NCBI GenBank assembly: GCA_039000165.1
Contig: JAWBTW010000002.1
Span: 3,245-67,244 of the forward strand
Length of the DNA: 64,000 nucleotides
Direction of reading: 5' to 3'
DNA from: Candidatus Aenigmatarchaeota archaeon
GTDB lineage: Archaea > Aenigmatarchaeota > Aenigmatarchaeia > CG10238-14 > SCSR01
Positions 10,117-20,226 of the stretch are shown piece by piece. A program made the translations under genes and the position numbers. Position 1 is the first letter of the stretch; every line of letters begins with the position of its first letter. Under the pieces are notes generated by a model. It had not been told where the DNA came from. It was given only the letters and a program-made list of their open reading frames with translations, and made no database searches.

Positions 10117-10160
10117 GAATAAAATTTGGTTTTTTTATCTTATAAGGATTATCACTAATG

Positions 10161-11021
10161 TTAACAATCACCACAAATGGAAGAACCTCCTCCTTCATAG
10201 ACAGCACAAAAACAATACCTTCTTTCAAAGTATTGGGAAGAAGTACCTTGTTCTACATCTATAAAATACCTCACCCAGCAACTATTTCCTGGAAATATTG
10301 CACTACAATTTACCGAAGAATTACCCATAATTTTCCATTCACTTGATAAAGTAGTGTTGGAAGAAAACCCTTCAAGCTCGCTTGTTCTACTTGAAGATTC
10401 ATTTATGTATATACTTGAATGAGTTTCGTTTATTCTGTGGTAAAAATCAGCGTTTATGTTTGAGGAAGTACCAAGTGTTAGGTTATACTGCGTTCCGCCA
10501 TTAGGCAAACCTGAGTTGTTCAAAGCAGGTTTACCCACAGTTCCAGGATTAACCAAACCAAAGGATATGCCTTCTATCAAAGCTTGGGAAATTGTTAGCT
10601 CAATATACTTGCTAACATTAAAAGTTGTTGAATTGGTAGCAATATTTCCAGAAGTATCGTTTGCTGTAACATTAATAACCCAGATTCCAGCAGGCTCCCC
10701 TCCAGCTAGAGTATAATTTTTCTCCCAAACAGAACAATTTTCACCACAAGATATAAGAGTATTAAACATAAGTTCATTTGTTAAAACCAGTGTTCCATTA
10801 CTAGCGGTTAGGTTTAACCAAACGTATTGAACATCATTTTCTGTATCACTAACATTTACTCTTATTATAACTTTTTCATTTATTTTGAAGACTGAAATCT
10901 CTACCAAAGATTCGTTAAACGTTAGTGGGATTTCAACAAAAGGAATAGCGTTTATGCTTACAAAAAAAATAAATGAAAAGAATAAGACGAAAAATAAAAG
11001 CTTTTCTTTCATACCACTCAA
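10161..11021 (-). CDS. secreted Cys-containing surface protein (paralogue of 9541)
   Basis: Signal peptide, many N-glycosylation sequons. The C-terminal module CWVRYFIDVE...YCFCAVYEGGGSSICGDC is paralogous to that of 9541. Confidence 0.45.
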   Translation of the reverse strand: MSGMKEKLLFFVLFFSFIFFVSINAIPFVEIPLTFNESLVEISVFKINEKVIIRVNVSDTENDVQYVWLNLTASNGTLVLTNELMFNTLISCGENCSVWEKNYTLAGGEPAGIWVINVTANDTSGNIATNSTTFNVSKYIELTISQALIEGISFGLVNPGTVGKPALNNSGLPNGGTQYNLTLGTSSNINADFYHRINETHSSIYINESSSRTSELEGFSSNTTLSSEWKIMGNSSVNCSAIFPGNSCWVRYFIDVEQGTSSQYFERRYCFCAVYEGGGSSICGDC

Positions 11022-11118
11022 TTTTAATTATTTTTTTGCTCAGAAATATATTTGCGTTTTAAACTCCAATAAATATATGAGAGTTATTCAGGTTATTTAA
11101 CTTATAAAGTGAAAAGTA

Positions 11119-13602
11119 ATGACTTGTATAACAAGACTAACTTTACAAGGTTTTAAAAGTTTCAACAAGAAGATTTCAATTCCTTTTCTTAGGGGTTTCA
11201 ATATAATTTGTGGCCCAAACGGAAGCGGAAAATCTAACATAGTAGATTCTGTATGCTTTGTTTTAGGAAGAATTTCGGCTAAAAGTTTAAGAGCAGAAAG
11301 GCTTCATGAACTTATTTTTCACGGTGGAAATGGAAAGGCTCCTGCTCAGTACGCTTCTGTAACTTTATACCTTGACAATTCAAATAAAGAATTTCCTTTT
11401 GATGAGCCAGAAATTTCTATAACAAGAAAAGTTAACAGAAAAGGAGTTTCCGTTTACAAGCTTCAGGGAAGAACTACAACAAGAGAAAAAATTCTAGAAA
11501 TTCTTTCAGCAGCAAGAATTAGACCAGATGGACATAATATAATACTGCAAGGTGATGTAACAAATATAATAGAAATGAGCCCAATAGAAAGAAGATTTAT
11601 AATAGACGAAATTTCTGGCATAGCCGAATATAACGATAAAAAAGAAAAAGCTCAAAGAGAATTGGAAGCTGTAGATCAAAAGCTCAAGGAAGCAGAAATA
11701 ATAATAACAGAAAGATATGAGATTTTTAAAAAGCTAGAAGAAGAAAGAAATACTGCCATAAAATATCAAACTTTACAAAAACAGCTACAAACTCTCAAAG
11801 CTTCCTTAATTTTTAGAAAAATAAAGAATTTTGAAGAAATGATAAAAACTTTAGATCAAGAAATAGCAAAAGGGGAAGAAGAAAATAGAAAAGTTCAGGA
11901 AGAACTTGAAAGAATAGAGGAAGAGCTTGAGAAAAAAGAAAGAAGTATAAGAGAGCTTGCTGACAAGCTAATTCAGTTATCAAAAAAGGTTGAAATAGAA
12001 AAAGAAATTTCTTACCTGAGAACGAAAATTCTTTTCAACAAGGATAAGCTTGACTCAAACTTGAAAGAAATCGAAAGGTTGGATAGATTAATAGAGAAGC
12101 TACAGGCTTTTGAGGTTAGAGAAGAAGAAATACCCGCAAGTATAAAAGCAATTTTAAGTCTTAACTTGAAGGGAGTGCTCGGAACCTTGAGAAACTTAAT
12201 AAAAACTTCTCAAGAATATCAGCTTGCTGTAGAAATTGCAGCAGGCCATCATCTTAACGATATAATAGTAGAAAATGACGAGATAGCAAGTTTTTGTATA
12301 GACTACCTTAAAAGGGAAAAAATAGGAAGAGCGACTTTTATTCCTTTGAATAAAATAAAACCGAAAAAGCTTGATGAAAAATCTTTTAAAATAAAAGGAG
12401 TTTTGGGAAGCGTTTCAAAAGTTGTTAAATGCGATCAAAAAATTTTACCTGCGATAGAATTTGTTTTTGGAGATACCCTTCTAGTTGAAAATTTAGAAGT
12501 TGCGAAAGCTGTGGGAATAGGAAAAGTTAGAATGGTAACTCTAGACGGTGATTTGATAGAAAGAAGTGGAGCGATGACAGGAGGTTATTTGATAAGAAAA
12601 CATCCTAGAATAGCTGTAGAAACTGCTAAGGAAGAGGTTGAAGAATATATCAAACTTAAAAAAAAGTTGGAAGAAGAAAATGAAACCTTAAAAAAAGAAA
12701 TAAAAGAACTGGAAGAAAAATTGAAAAACTATTCTCAAGCGGAGGAAACCAAAGAAATAATCAATTTAGAAAAAATTAAAATAGATTCCGAGTTTGAGCT
12801 CGACAAGCTTAGAAACGAAAGAAAAAGAGCTTATGAAAAAAGACTTAATATCCAAACAAAGCTAAACAAACTAAAAATTCAAAAAGCAAAGGTTGAAGCT
12901 GAGCTTGAAACTCTAAAAGTAGAAGCTTTACAATATGGTGATATCAAACCTATAGAAAAGGGAATAAAAGCTTTAGAGGAAGCTATAGAACAAACCATAA
13001 GGGAACTTAACTCTTTGGGCGCAGTAAACTTTAAAGCCATAGAACAATACGAGAAATTTAAAGCTGAGTTCGACGAATATAAGAGAAAGTACGAGAAGAT
13101 ACTTGAAGAGAAAAAAGCTGTTTTGGATATGATTGAAAAGATAGAAGAAAAAAGAAGAGAAGTTTTTAATAAATGTCTAAAAGAATTGAGCGAGAAGTTT
13201 AATCAAATATTTAAGAAAATGACAGGTGGTAGCGCAAGTCTTGAGTTAGAAAATCCTTTAGACCTAGAGTCAGGACTTATAATTCAAGCAAACCCAGGAG
13301 GGAAAACCTTACTGAACATAGACTCGCTTTCAGGAGGGGAAAAGACCCTAACTGCTTTAGCTTTTATCTTTGCAATTCAAAGCTATAGACCTGCTCCTTT
13401 CTACATTTTAGATGAGGTTGATGCTGCTTTGGATAAAGAGAATTCTAAAAAAGTTGCTGAACTCATAAAATCTCTTTCAAAAGAAGCTCAGTTTATTGTT
13501 ATAACTCATAACGATGAGACTATTAAATATGGTGATAGGGTTTATGGTGTGACTATGGACAAGGGAGAGTCAAAAATATTAGGGTTGGAGATGCCAGGAT
13601 GA
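11119..13602 (+). CDS. smc: SMC chromosome segregation ATPase (short form, 827 aa)
   Basis: Walker A GPNGSGKSN, hinge-like segment around aa 340-480, signature LSGGEKTLTALAF, Walker B FYILDEVDAALD. ScpA follows directly. Confidence 0.85.
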   Translation: MTCITRLTLQGFKSFNKKISIPFLRGFNIICGPNGSGKSNIVDSVCFVLGRISAKSLRAERLHELIFHGGNGKAPAQYASVTLYLDNSNKEFPFDEPEISITRKVNRKGVSVYKLQGRTTTREKILEILSAARIRPDGHNIILQGDVTNIIEMSPIERRFIIDEISGIAEYNDKKEKAQRELEAVDQKLKEAEIIITERYEIFKKLEEERNTAIKYQTLQKQLQTLKASLIFRKIKNFEEMIKTLDQEIAKGEEENRKVQEELERIEEELEKKERSIRELADKLIQLSKKVEIEKEISYLRTKILFNKDKLDSNLKEIERLDRLIEKLQAFEVREEEIPASIKAILSLNLKGVLGTLRNLIKTSQEYQLAVEIAAGHHLNDIIVENDEIASFCIDYLKREKIGRATFIPLNKIKPKKLDEKSFKIKGVLGSVSKVVKCDQKILPAIEFVFGDTLLVENLEVAKAVGIGKVRMVTLDGDLIERSGAMTGGYLIRKHPRIAVETAKEEVEEYIKLKKKLEEENETLKKEIKELEEKLKNYSQAEETKEIINLEKIKIDSEFELDKLRNERKRAYEKRLNIQTKLNKLKIQKAKVEAELETLKVEALQYGDIKPIEKGIKALEEAIEQTIRELNSLGAVNFKAIEQYEKFKAEFDEYKRKYEKILEEKKAVLDMIEKIEEKRREVFNKCLKELSEKFNQIFKKMTGGSASLELENPLDLESGLIIQANPGGKTLLNIDSLSGGEKTLTALAFIFAIQSYRPAPFYILDEVDAALDKENSKKVAELIKSLSKEAQFIVITHNDETIKYGDRVYGVTMDKGESKILGLEMPG

Positions 13603-14285
13603 ATCAAGAAGAAAATATTTTGGAGTTAATTCTTAAGAAAGAAAGTTGGGAAGAAGTTATTTACCACATAGTGAGCATAGAAAATCTTAATCCTTGGGAT
13701 ATAGATTTGGTTAGACTTGCGGATAGCTTTTTAAGGTATATCCAAAAGATTCAGGAACTTGATTTCAGAATTCCTGCGAAAATTGTTTTTGTCGCTGCAG
13801 TCCTCTTGAGACTTAAAGCTGATTACTTATCATTATTCGAAGAAGAAGAAAGTGTAGAAGAGATTGCTAAAGCCGAACCTTTCGTTGACTTAGGGATAGA
13901 TCCAAATTTAATTCAATTAGGTTTACCTATGAAAAGAATACCAAAGAGACAAGTAACGCTAGAAGAACTTATCAATGCTTTAAGGAAGGCTTTAGCGGTA
14001 AGGGAAAGAAAGATTGAAAGAAAGATTATGTGGAGAGCTAGAATTCAGGCCCAAATAAGCGAAGAAGACATAACAAAAAAGATTAATCATGTAATGAACG
14101 AAATCGACGAGCTTATCCAGAAATTAAAAGTTAATAAAATAAAGTTTAGCCAGATAGTTGAAGATTGGAACAGAGATCAAATAATCGACCATTTTGTTCC
14201 CTTGCTTCATTTAGAGCAAAATGAAAAAGTAGTTACTGAGCAAGAAGATTTTTTTAAGGATATTTTCATAACCAAAAAATCATGA
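13599..14285 (+). CDS. scpA: segregation and condensation protein A (kleisin)
   Basis: Start overlaps the smc stop. ScpA-like N-terminus (LELILKKESWEEVIYHIVSIENLNPWDIDLVRLADSFLRYI). Confidence 0.7.
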   Translation: MNQEENILELILKKESWEEVIYHIVSIENLNPWDIDLVRLADSFLRYIQKIQELDFRIPAKIVFVAAVLLRLKADYLSLFEEEESVEEIAKAEPFVDLGIDPNLIQLGLPMKRIPKRQVTLEELINALRKALAVRERKIERKIMWRARIQAQISEEDITKKINHVMNEIDELIQKLKVNKIKFSQIVEDWNRDQIIDHFVPLLHLEQNEKVVTEQEDFFKDIFITKKS

Positions 14286-14347
14286 GTAAGCTTAAGTTAG
14301 TAAGTTAATTTAAGCTTAAAGTTCATTATATAAGTTCAGGTGAGCAA

Positions 14348-14635
14348 ATGAGTTTTCTTAAAGAATTCATCGATTTTATGAAAAAACAAAACGTAATAGC
14401 AGTAGCTTTAGCTTTTGTCTTAGGTATTGCAACAGCCCAACTAGTTCAAGCACTAGTAACAGACATAATAACTCCAATATACGCTCCGTATCTTGATTTT
14501 TTAAACCCAGAATTGGCCATAGAGATAGGAAAATCTAAGTTTTTAATAGGAGATTTTATAAGACAGCTAGTTAATTGGGTTGTTATTTTGCTAGTAGTTT
14601 TCATAATAGGAACAAAAATAGCAAAAACTAAGTAA
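14348..14635 (+). CDS. mscL: large-conductance mechanosensitive channel
   Basis: MSFLKEFIDFMKKQNVIAVALAFVLGIATAQLVQALVTDIITP has the MscL TM1 signature. Length 95 aa. Confidence 0.8.
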   Translation: MSFLKEFIDFMKKQNVIAVALAFVLGIATAQLVQALVTDIITPIYAPYLDFLNPELAIEIGKSKFLIGDFIRQLVNWVVILLVVFIIGTKIAKTK

Positions 14636-14814
14636 TTTTTTCTTGTTTTTTTAATTTTTTTGAAAAAAAATCAAATAACTCTACCAGTTTCAAGTTCCGA
14701 GAAAAAAGCTTCCTTTTTTTGCTTATTGGATTTACTTTAAATATTAATTAATTATCCAAAAAAGGAGAAAACAATTATTTTAATTTTATATTAATTGACT
14801 CATATAAAAAATCT

Positions 14815-15969
14815 TTAATTTTTAAGAATTAAGGAGATTTGCCTTCCTCTAATTGCTTGAAACTTTTCTTCTGCCTCTTTATTTAATTTTTTAATCTTTT
14901 TTGTCATTTCTTTCACCATTTGCCGGATTTGTTCTGCCGCCTCTTTCATTTGTTTTTCTCTTTCTTTCTCTATTTCTTTTGTTAACATTTCAGTTTTGTA
15001 TCTTAATCCATATTCTTTGAGTAATTTTGGGAAACTAGTGTATTCGCTATCTATATGAGCTCCACCAACAATAACCATAGATCTAGCTTTAGGATTATTC
15101 GCATGAATTTTTGCTATCAAACGAGCCCAATGTTTTTCTCTTTCGTTAAAATAAATATTCCTAAGTTCTTCATTCTCGTAGAATTCTAACTTTTCCTCTA
15201 ATTCTTTTCTCTTTTTATCAGCTAAACCATAAATCTTCTCTAAATTTTCAGGACTAACTTCCCCTACTCCTAAAAGTTTCGAAAGATAAATTCTTCCTAC
15301 TCTTTCAAATTCATAAATAGGTATAGGTTTGTAAAACAACTCTCTAACTCTTTCAAGTTGTTTTTCAGCTATGTCTACATAACCTCTATCCAAGTAGTGC
15401 TTAGCTTGTATCATTAAGAAAAGAAACTCATTAATTCTTTGGATAATCATTTTTAAACTTATAGTTTTTTCAAAAATTTTAACAGCATTCTGTAACGAAT
15501 AAGGTTCCTCCATAGGCACAATTTTACAGCCAACTTTTCTTGCTAGTTCATAAATTTTTTTAAACTTCTCACTTATTTCCTTATCTTCTTCGAAACCTTT
15601 TTCGTCAATTTCCAAAAAAAGATAATCAGGTTTATTTTTTTCAATTAAGTACAATTCCTTTTCTATTTCTTTTTGGTACAGTTGTGGTGGACCACTGAAA
15701 GACATATCTTGAGCATACTCGTGAACCTCTCCTACAAGTAGGATATCATAAGGCTGAGAATACTTAAATACCTTTTTAGCTTTTCCAACAATTTTTGAAC
15801 TTTTTGAAAGAATCCCAACAACAAAAAACAAGAAAAACACAAAAATGCTCAAGATTAGGTTTTGATTTTGAAAAAAACTATTATGAAGAACAAAAAAACT
15901 TGTAAAGCTAGAGAAAAAAACTATAAAAATCAAAAAGAAACATAACAAAACTAGTAGAACTTTTTTCAT
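14815..15969 (-). CDS. TraB/GumN-family membrane protein (tentative)
   Basis: N-terminal TM helices. ILLVGEVHE, LFLEIDE and VIVGGAHI resemble TraB family motifs. Confidence 0.4.
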   Translation of the reverse strand: MKKVLLVLLCFFLIFIVFFSSFTSFFVLHNSFFQNQNLILSIFVFFLFFVVGILSKSSKIVGKAKKVFKYSQPYDILLVGEVHEYAQDMSFSGPPQLYQKEIEKELYLIEKNKPDYLFLEIDEKGFEEDKEISEKFKKIYELARKVGCKIVPMEEPYSLQNAVKIFEKTISLKMIIQRINEFLFLMIQAKHYLDRGYVDIAEKQLERVRELFYKPIPIYEFERVGRIYLSKLLGVGEVSPENLEKIYGLADKKRKELEEKLEFYENEELRNIYFNEREKHWARLIAKIHANNPKARSMVIVGGAHIDSEYTSFPKLLKEYGLRYKTEMLTKEIEKEREKQMKEAAEQIRQMVKEMTKKIKKLNKEAEEKFQAIRGRQISLILKN

Positions 15970-16219
15970 TTTTTCACTTTTCTATTCCAAACCTTTCTAA
16001 ACTTTTGTAATTTTTGATTATTTTTTCAGCTTCGCAACAAATTTTTTCTGCTTTTTTATAAAAATGTTCACTTCCAAAGAGAAATTTTTCAATCGAATGT
16101 AACTTCTCGTAGAAAATTATCAAGAATTTGTAAACTCTCAGTTTTGTTAGTTCCATCATAATTAAAATTTTGATTTCTATGCTTAAATTTTTCAAAAAAA
16201 ATTAAATATTTAAGAGAAA

Positions 16220-16726
16220 ATGAACCTAAAAGCTTTACTTGAAGCTGCACTATTCGTTTCTGACAAACCTTTAAGCCTGGAAAAACTTTCAAAAGTAGTT
16301 GGAATATGCTCAGAAGAAGAAGTTAAAAAGCTTTTAGAGGAGTTAAAAAAAGAGTTAAGTAAAGAAGAGAGAGGTATAGAATTGGTTGAAACACCAGAAG
16401 GCTTTGAGTTGAGAGTTAAAAAAGAGTATAGGGAAAAAGTTGCTAAGCTTGCTCCTTTTGCTGATTTAAGTAATGGAATGATGAGAACTTTAGCAATAGT
16501 TGCTGTGAAGCAGCCTATAAAACAGTCTTTAATAGTAAAGTACCAAGGAAACAAGGCTTATGGTTATGTAGAAGCTCTAGAAAAAAAAGGTTTAATTAAA
16601 ACAGAAAAAGCCGGAAGAACAAAAATTATCACAACTACACCTGAATTTGAAAGATATTTTGGAAAAAGTACAGAGGAATTAAAAAAGATTCTAGAAGAAA
16701 AAGTTTTAAGGGAAAAGAAAATATGA
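16220..16726 (+). CDS. scpB: segregation and condensation protein B
   Basis: LLEAALFVSDKPLSLEKLSKVV plus wHTH repeats typical of ScpB. 168 aa. Confidence 0.7.
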   Translation: MNLKALLEAALFVSDKPLSLEKLSKVVGICSEEEVKKLLEELKKELSKEERGIELVETPEGFELRVKKEYREKVAKLAPFADLSNGMMRTLAIVAVKQPIKQSLIVKYQGNKAYGYVEALEKKGLIKTEKAGRTKIITTTPEFERYFGKSTEELKKILEEKVLREKKI

Positions 16727-16730
16727 AAAA

Positions 16731-17222
16731 TTATTCTTGGTCTGGATACTTTTCCACTTCTTTTTTCTTTATTTCAAGCTTAACTCCTGCTTTTTTAAAG
16801 AATTTTTTTGTCAAAGCTGAGTCGTGATAGTCTTTTTCTGCTACCACTCTTTTAATTCCTGCATTTATTATCATCTTTGCGCAGGTAAAGCAAGGTACAA
16901 ATTTCACGTACAGAGTTGCATCTTTCGTGGAAACACCATGCAAAGCAGCTTGAACTATTGCGTTTTGTTCAGCATGAGTAGTTCTTATACAATGTTTTTT
17001 CTTTTTCCCTGTTACTGGATCTATAGTTTCAGTTAATAAGTGCCCAACATCATCGCAATGTGGTAAACCAGAAGGTGCCCCTACATAGCCTGTAGTTAAA
17101 ATTCTTTTATCCTTGACTATAACTGCCCCGTTTCTTCCTCTATCGCATGTTGCTCTTGTGCCAACAACTTTCGCAATCTCCAGAAAATAATCATCCCAGC
17201 TTGGTCTTTTATATTTCTTCAT
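16731..17222 (-). CDS. dCMP/cytidine deaminase family protein
   Basis: Zinc-binding HAEQNAI and PCFTCAKMIINAGIKRV motifs. Confidence 0.8.
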   Translation of the reverse strand: MKKYKRPSWDDYFLEIAKVVGTRATCDRGRNGAVIVKDKRILTTGYVGAPSGLPHCDDVGHLLTETIDPVTGKKKKHCIRTTHAEQNAIVQAALHGVSTKDATLYVKFVPCFTCAKMIINAGIKRVVAEKDYHDSALTKKFFKKAGVKLEIKKKEVEKYPDQE

Positions 17223-17301
17223 AATCTTTTTTTAAGAAAAAAGAATTATTTAAAACTTTGCTTAGGTCAAAGCTTTAACTTTATTTTTTCTCAAATTTTA
17301 T

Positions 17302-19200
17302 TTGATTAAAATGAGTGGAGAAATAACAAGTTTGGATTTGAGGTTTTTGGTAAAAGAGCTTAAAGAAGCCTTAGAAGGAGGAAAAATTCAAGGGATTAAA
17401 CAAGAAGGCAAAACATTTTTATTCGAAATATACAAAAAAGAAAGGTTTTTTCTTAAAGTTTTGCTTGATAAAGCAATTTATTTAACCAAAAAGAAGGAAA
17501 AATTCGAAAAAGCAACGAGTTTTTGTATGCAACTTAGAAAACATTTGTTAGGAAAAACTATAAGGAACGTTTTCCAAGTTGGTTTTGATAGAATTGTTGA
17601 GTTGGAAATTGATGGCTTAAGCTTAATTTTTGAAATTTTCGGGAATGGAAACTTAATTTTAGCAAATTCTTCTGGCTTGATAATAACTGCTTTCGAAAAA
17701 AGAGAGTGGAAAGATAGAAAAATAATACCAAAAGCTCTGTACAAGTACCCACCTTCTTGTATAAATCCTTTCGATAAAAACTTTTTTGATTTCCAAAAGT
17801 TTTTGAAAGAAAAAAAGAGCGAAATAGTCAAGGTTTTAGCTTCGGATTTTGGTTTATCAAGAAAGTACGCAGAAGAAATTTGTGAGAGATTAGGGTTTAA
17901 AAAAGAAAAAATCTGCTCAGAATTGGATCAAAGTGAAATTGATAAGCTGTTTAGATTTTTTGAAGAACTTAAAAATGTTGAGATTAAGCCACATGTTATT
18001 CTAGAAAATAAAAAAATTATCGATTTTTTTCCTTTTGAAACAGAGAAATTTAAAAAAAATGAAAAAATTTACTTTGAAAACTTTAACCAAGCTATCGAAA
18101 GTTATTTCGAATTTTCCTTAGAATCTAAAAAGTTGGAAGAAAGATTAGAAGAATTTATGAAAAAAGAAGAAAAAATTAGAAGAATTTATGAAAAACAAGT
18201 AGCTCAGCTTGAAAAATTGAAAAAAAATTACGAAAAATACAGCAAAATTGGGAAAATCCTTTACGAAAAATATCAGTACTTCGATGTTTTTCTAAAGAAA
18301 ATCGCTGAATTTATAGAAATGAAGCTAGGTTGGGAAGAGATTAAAGCAAAAATTAAGGCCTTCGATACAGAAAAAATTCTAAAAGAAATCGATGAAACCA
18401 AAGCTACCATAAACTTTTTAATCGATGGAAATGAAATCCAGCTCGATTTTAGAAAAAGTTTAGAGGAAAATGCAAACTTTTATTTTGAAAAAGCAAAAAA
18501 AGTGAAAGAAAAGATTGAAAAATTGAAAAAAGCTCTTGAAAAAATAGAAATTGAAAAAGGGAAAAAAGAGGAAGAGAAGAAAAAAGAATGGTATGAAAGG
18601 TTTAGATGGTTTATAAGTAGTGATAATTTCTTAGTTATAGCCGGTAAAGATGCTAAAACTAACGAGGAAATAGTGAAAAAATACGCTAAAGAACAAGATA
18701 TAATCCTTCATGCAGACATTCATGGAGCACCTTTTGTTCTGATAAGAAATGAAAAGAAAAAAGAAGTACCATTAGAAACTATAATGGAAGCAGCAGAGTT
18801 TGCTGCCAGCTATTCAAAAGCATGGTTTTTGGGTTTGGGTAGCACAGATGTTTTTTATGTAAAGCCTGAACAAGTTGTAAAGGAAGCTTTACCCTTAGGA
18901 AGTTTCAAGATTAGAGGAAAAAGAGAATGGCTTAAGAAGGTTCCACTCAGGGTTTCGATTGGGCTAAAAATTGAAGATGGTATAAAAATCATAGCCGGAC
19001 CAGTAACAGCAATAAAAAAACAAACTCCTTATATAGTTACTCTTTGTCCAGGAGATATTAACTCAGAGAAGTTAGCTAAGGAAATAAAGAGGGAGTTTTT
19101 ATTAAAAGTTCCTTTTGAAGTAAAAAGCTTGGTTGAAAAAATAGATCTGGAAGAAATTAAAAGGCATATTCCTTACGGAAAGGGAAAATTGGTTCTATGA
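17302..19200 (+). CDS. NFACT-family protein (archaeal Rqc2/NEMF/FbpA homologue)
   Basis: NFACT-N like N-terminus, long coiled coil, NFACT-R/DUF814 signature DIILHADIHGAPFVLIR. Confidence 0.75.
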   Translation: MIKMSGEITSLDLRFLVKELKEALEGGKIQGIKQEGKTFLFEIYKKERFFLKVLLDKAIYLTKKKEKFEKATSFCMQLRKHLLGKTIRNVFQVGFDRIVELEIDGLSLIFEIFGNGNLILANSSGLIITAFEKREWKDRKIIPKALYKYPPSCINPFDKNFFDFQKFLKEKKSEIVKVLASDFGLSRKYAEEICERLGFKKEKICSELDQSEIDKLFRFFEELKNVEIKPHVILENKKIIDFFPFETEKFKKNEKIYFENFNQAIESYFEFSLESKKLEERLEEFMKKEEKIRRIYEKQVAQLEKLKKNYEKYSKIGKILYEKYQYFDVFLKKIAEFIEMKLGWEEIKAKIKAFDTEKILKEIDETKATINFLIDGNEIQLDFRKSLEENANFYFEKAKKVKEKIEKLKKALEKIEIEKGKKEEEKKKEWYERFRWFISSDNFLVIAGKDAKTNEEIVKKYAKEQDIILHADIHGAPFVLIRNEKKKEVPLETIMEAAEFAASYSKAWFLGLGSTDVFYVKPEQVVKEALPLGSFKIRGKREWLKKVPLRVSIGLKIEDGIKIIAGPVTAIKKQTPYIVTLCPGDINSEKLAKEIKREFLLKVPFEVKSLVEKIDLEEIKRHIPYGKGKLVL

Positions 19201-19407
19201 ACTCTTCTTGGATTCTAAGAATAGAGGTCCTCTATAGCCACATTTTCTACATTCATAGACTTGACCTAACCAAGGCAAATAGTTTAACTCTTTACTTTTA
19301 CAAAAAGCACATCTCAAAACTCTTTTAAGCATATTTATTAGTTGAAAGTTAAAGATTAATTTGATGGTTTTCGTAGTAAAAGCTGATGGAAGAAAGGAAG
19401 AGTTCAA
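19195..19407 (-). CDS. small zinc-ribbon protein
   Basis: CAFCKS...CRKCGY four-Cys arrangement in 70 aa. Overlaps both neighbours, so uncertain. Confidence 0.3.
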   Translation of the reverse strand: MNSSFLPSAFTTKTIKLIFNFQLINMLKRVLRCAFCKSKELNYLPWLGQVYECRKCGYRGPLFLESKKSS

Positions 19408-20191
19408 AAAAGAAAAAGTTATAAGAACATGTTTAAGGATGGGAGCTTCTCAAGAACAGGCAGAAATAATAGCTAGAGAAATCGAGAAAAGAATCCGTGA
19501 AGAAATAGAAACAAGAAAAATCCTTAAGATGATTTTCAAGTTCTTACAAAAATTTAAACCAGAAATAAAGCATCAAATAGACTTGAGAGAGGCTATTTCT
19601 CTACTTAATCCTAAACCCGATTTTGAGAGGTTTGTTCAACTTCTTTTAAAAGAGCACGGTTATGAAGTTATTCCAAATCAAATAGTTGAAGGATATTGCG
19701 TTGACCATGAAATTGATGCTATAGCAAAAAGAGACGGTCAAACATTCTTAGTTGAGATTAAACATCATGTTAACCACCATGGTTACACTGGAAAAGATGT
19801 TTTTCTTGAGGCCCAAGCTATTCTTGAAGATTTGAAAGAAGGAAGAAAAGTAGGCAAAAATTCTTTAGATTTAACCAAAATTTTAATAGTTTGCAATACT
19901 AAATTTTCTGACCATGCAAAAAAGTACGCTTTATGCAAAGGGATTGATTTTATAGGCTGGAATTATCCAGAAGAAAAAGGCCTTGAAAGGCTTATAGAAG
20001 AGAAAAAACTTTATCCTATAACCATTCTGAAAGGCCTGGATGAAAGGACAAAAGAAAAAATAACAAACGCAGGAATAATTTTGCTCAAACAACTCATTGA
20101 AGAAAGAATAGAAGAGCTTAGAAATAAAACAAAAATACCCAAGAAAAAATTGCTAGTTTTAAGACAGAAAGCTAAGGAAATCTTAACTTGA
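19361..20191 (+). CDS. ATP-cone domain fused to Mrr-like restriction-endonuclease-fold domain
   Basis: N-terminal ATP-cone pattern (VVKADGRKEEFKKEKVIRTCLRMGASQEQAEIIAREIEKRI) followed by GYCVDHEIDAIAKRDGQTFLVEIKHH, a PD-(D/E)xK pattern. Confidence 0.55.
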   Translation: MMVFVVKADGRKEEFKKEKVIRTCLRMGASQEQAEIIAREIEKRIREEIETRKILKMIFKFLQKFKPEIKHQIDLREAISLLNPKPDFERFVQLLLKEHGYEVIPNQIVEGYCVDHEIDAIAKRDGQTFLVEIKHHVNHHGYTGKDVFLEAQAILEDLKEGRKVGKNSLDLTKILIVCNTKFSDHAKKYALCKGIDFIGWNYPEEKGLERLIEEKKLYPITILKGLDERTKEKITNAGIILLKQLIEERIEELRNKTKIPKKKLLVLRQKAKEILT

Positions 20192-20226
20192 TAAATTTTA
20201 ATTTAACTTAAAAAAATAATTAAATT

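Noticed and set aside
14286-14347. Pair of TTAAGCTTAA palindromes between scpA and mscL.
   Set aside because: Short 10-mers in an AT-rich spacer. Could be a weak terminator or regulatory element, but too short to be distinguished from chance.
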